Under the pieces are notes generated by a model that worked only from the letters and a program-made list of their open reading frames with translations, was not told the origin of the DNA and did no database searches. The position numbers and the translations under genes are program-made. A DNA stretch of 64,000 nucleotides, taken from the NCBI GenBank assembly GCA_038227875.1, contig JBBRPR010000008.1, positions 1-64,000 on the forward strand. Reading direction: 5' to 3'. Positions 61,232-64,000 of this stretch are shown here, in pieces. This DNA is from Planctomycetota bacterium (GTDB lineage Bacteria; Planctomycetota; SZUA-567; H5-PLA8). Position 1 is the first letter of the stretch; every line of letters begins with the position of its first letter.

Positions 61232-62032
61232 ATGCCGACACTGCCGTCTCTACCTTTGCCGTGGAAGTTGCTGATCTCGATGTTCCTGATCGTGCTCTCC
61301 TCGGGGTTCGTCGTTTCTGAATTGTATCTCATGCACACGACGGAAATGGCGGACGGCAAAGCCGGCATGTCGCTGGACGACATCACGCTGACGTTTTACG
61401 GCAACCCCGATAAGACCCAGACTCGACTGAAGACGCAGGCGCTGGGCCCAATGAAGAAATATTTTTCCGCGGACGAAGAGCCCACCAAGTTGACTGAGGA
61501 GGAGAAGGCTGATCTCGACCGGCTGATCGCCTGGAACGACAAGGGTGCGCCCGAGAGCGAGTACTGGGACGTGAAAGAAAAAGCGAAGAAGCCCGGGGAG
61601 ATCTTCGGCATTCTCGACAAGCATTGCATCGATTGCCACAGTCCGACCGGCAAGAAGAAGGAGTCTCCGTTCGACAAGTATTCCGGCGTCGCAAAATTCA
61701 CGAAACCTGACGAAGGCATGGACAAAGGCCGACTGTTGATGCTTAGCCACGTTCATCTGCTGGGCATGGGCATGATGTTCCTGCTCGCCGGTTCGTTCGT
61801 CGCGGCGTCGGTCTGGCCGACGTGGATTCGCGCGCTGGTGATCGTTGGCGGACTGGGTTCGGTACTGGTCGATATTTTCGGCTGGTGGGGCGTGAAACTG
61901 GGCGGGCCGTCGTTTTCTCCGGTGGTGATGTTCGGCGGCGTTCTGATGGGCGGCTGTTTTGCCGCCGCGGTGTTCATCGCTTTCTTCGATATGTGGATCC
62001 GCAAGCCCAAGCCCGTATCGACGCCCGAATAA
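61232..62032 (+). CDS. Membrane protein with a single c-type heme motif
   Basis: N-terminal TM, CIDCH, SHVHLLG followed by three TM helices. Confidence 0.7.
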   Translation: MPTLPSLPLPWKLLISMFLIVLSSGFVVSELYLMHTTEMADGKAGMSLDDITLTFYGNPDKTQTRLKTQALGPMKKYFSADEEPTKLTEEEKADLDRLIAWNDKGAPESEYWDVKEKAKKPGEIFGILDKHCIDCHSPTGKKKESPFDKYSGVAKFTKPDEGMDKGRLLMLSHVHLLGMGMMFLLAGSFVAASVWPTWIRALVIVGGLGSVLVDIFGWWGVKLGGPSFSPVVMFGGVLMGGCFAAAVFIAFFDMWIRKPKPVSTPE

Positions 62033-62033
62033 C

Positions 62034-62962
62034 TTACTTCGTCACAAGTTTCTCGACGGCCGCCGCGAGTTCGTCGCCCTTGAGATCGACGTGCCGGATC
62101 AGGCCTTCGCGATCGATCACAAAGATTTTCGGGATCGGCATGATGCCCCATTTCAGGGCGATTTCGCTTTTCGAGTTCGCCGCGATAATGGTCGTCCACG
62201 TCACCTTTTTCTCTTTGAGCACGGCCTTGACGGGTTCGTCATCGGGATCGAGGTTCACGCCGGCGATCTCCAGGCCCCTATCGTGAAACTTTGCATAGAG
62301 CTTCACCACTCGGCCATGCAGACGGGGCAGTCGGTCGACCAGAACTCGAGCACCACGACTTTGCCCTTCCACGCGGCGAGCGAGAATTTCGCGCCGTTGA
62401 GATCGGTCTCCTCAATCGGGAAGGGCGGGTTGCCGGGCTTCAGAAGCTCTTCGGCCTTGCGCATGGCGGTGATGCGTTCGACGTAAACGTTGACCTGTTC
62501 GCTGACGGTGTCGTAGATTTCGGAGTCCAGCGGCTTGATCTTCTCAACGGCGGCGCGCGCAGCCTTGTCGTCTTTCTCTTCCAAGCGCGCGGTTGCGACC
62601 CAGACCCAGCAGAGAGCCACGGATTTTGGATCGACGCCCTTGGCCGGCGCGGTGTTTCCAGCGAGTTCCGCGAACTTTGCCGTATCCTTATCGTGCATGC
62701 GGTTGAGCAGGCTGGCGAGGGTCAGTGCGGCGCTGTAGCCTTCGGGCGTTTTCGGATGCAGCTTGGCGAAATCGCCGTAGCCGCTCTTCATCTTCTCGAT
62801 GAAGGCCAGCTTGTCGTTTTCCGGCGCGTCGTCGTTGGGCTGAAGGTCCTGAATCTTCTGCTGCAGGTCGGCGAATTCTTTGCTCAGATCCGGGGCTACT
62901 TCGGCGCACCCGGCATGAAGGGCAACAGACGCCAGCAGGACGGCGAGACACCACGGCTTCAT
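62034..62962 (-). pseudogene. TlpA/redoxin family lipoprotein split by a frameshift near 62310
   Basis: LHAGC lipobox-like; KGKVVVLEFWSTDCPVC then TGA; remainder (GLEIAGVNLD..WGI..IP..VIDREG) in the -1 frame. Confidence 0.75.
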
Positions 62963-62964
62963 CG

Positions 62965-63951
62965 TTATTTGTCCTTGTCCAGATCCTTATTGTTCTGCGT
63001 CAACAATTTTGCAATCAGCGCCGGTAGTTCGTCGTCCTTGGGATTGACTGCGCGGATGATGCCCTTGCGATCGATCACGTAAAGGCGCGGCAGCGAGAGG
63101 ATGCCCCAGCGCTTAGCGATCGCGCCGTCGAAGCCCTTGTGATCGGAGATAATCGGCCAGGGAATTTCGTTCTCCTTGATCGCGGCCTTCAGTTCCTTCG
63201 CGTCCTGATCGATGCTGATGCCGACGATCTCGAGGCCCTTGGCATGGGCGGCTTTGTAAAGCTCGGTTAAATACGGAATTTCGGTCGCGGAGTTGGGTGA
63301 CCAGAAATCGATCAGCACCACTTTGCCCTTCCACTGCGCGAGTTCAAAATCCTTGCCGGCGACGTCCTGCGTCTCAATGGGAAACGGTTCATTGCCGGGT
63401 TTGAGCAGCGCGGAGACTTCCTTGTCGCGCGCGATTTTCTTCATCAGGTCGGTGACCTGAGGCGCGATTTTATCATAGATGTCTTTGCTCAGCGGTTTGA
63501 TTTTCTCCAAGCCGGCCAGCGCCCCTTCGGAATCGCCTTTTTCCAACCGGCCTTGCACAACCCAGACCCAACAGATGGCGACTTGCTTGACGTCGACCCC
63601 GGCGCTGGGCGCGCTGGCGACGGCCAGTTCGGCATACTTCAGTGAGTCCACATGATGAAACTGCGTCAGCAGCCCGGCGATGGCGGCGGCGGACTCGAAG
63701 CCTTCGGCGGTCTGCGGATATTTTTTGGCGAAGTTTTCGTAACGGTCCTTGGCCAGTTCCAGATACGCGATCAGATCTTCTTTCGAAGAGTCGTCGCCCG
63801 GCTTGCTCACTTCGAGATCTTTTTGCAGCGAGGCATATTCGCGTTTGCGCGCATCGACGCTGGAGACCGGATCAGCGGATTCGGCGGCCGCCAGCGGAGC
63901 GAATAAACTTGCGCAGACCAATGCCCACGCCACAAATTGTTTCAATACCAT
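62965..63951 (-). CDS. TlpA/redoxin-fold protein lacking CxxC
   Basis: Signal peptide; KGKVVLIDFWSPNSATEIP, GLEIVGISID, LP.LYVIDRKG. Confidence 0.8.
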   Translation of the reverse strand: MVLKQFVAWALVCASLFAPLAAAESADPVSSVDARKREYASLQKDLEVSKPGDDSSKEDLIAYLELAKDRYENFAKKYPQTAEGFESAAAIAGLLTQFHHVDSLKYAELAVASAPSAGVDVKQVAICWVWVVQGRLEKGDSEGALAGLEKIKPLSKDIYDKIAPQVTDLMKKIARDKEVSALLKPGNEPFPIETQDVAGKDFELAQWKGKVVLIDFWSPNSATEIPYLTELYKAAHAKGLEIVGISIDQDAKELKAAIKENEIPWPIISDHKGFDGAIAKRWGILSLPRLYVIDRKGIIRAVNPKDDELPALIAKLLTQNNKDLDKDK

Positions 63952-64000
63952 GCGTTTCCTTTCGAGAAGAGCCGCAGATACTAACCGCAAGAATGTCGGT

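Noticed and set aside
62303..62305. TGA in the redoxin gene as selenocysteine
   Set aside because: It is not at a catalytic Cys position, and the protein continues in a different frame.

Overview
GC-rich bacterial chromosomal window with about 48 CDS. The gene repertoire is Planctomycetota/PVC-like (inference from an extended ECF sigma factor, a Ser/Thr kinase, a sulfatase, a PQQ propeller and heptamer intergenic repeats). Housekeeping genes include kdsD-kdsC followed by two very large LptC/LptA-like ORFs, an RNB nuclease, copA, ispG, pcrA/uvrD, an NtrC-type regulator, moaC, lysS, fbp, radC and an orphan parA. The strongest candidate for an undescribed system is a tightly coupled four-gene minus-strand operon (47863-44508): unknown basic protein, SAM methyltransferase, ATP-dependent RNA ligase, HD phosphoesterase/P-loop kinase. 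It resembles a variant heal-seal-protect RNA repair system. Other oddities are a LysRS carrying a PheS-type N-terminal coiled coil plus a ~50 aa insertion, a RadC fused to an EndoIII-like Cys4 module, several families of palindromic/heptamer intergenic elements (one with compensatory base changes), and three apparent -1 frameshifts. I saw no rRNA, tRNA, CRISPR array, transposase or integrase. All calls come from motif recognition by eye; no database searches were run.
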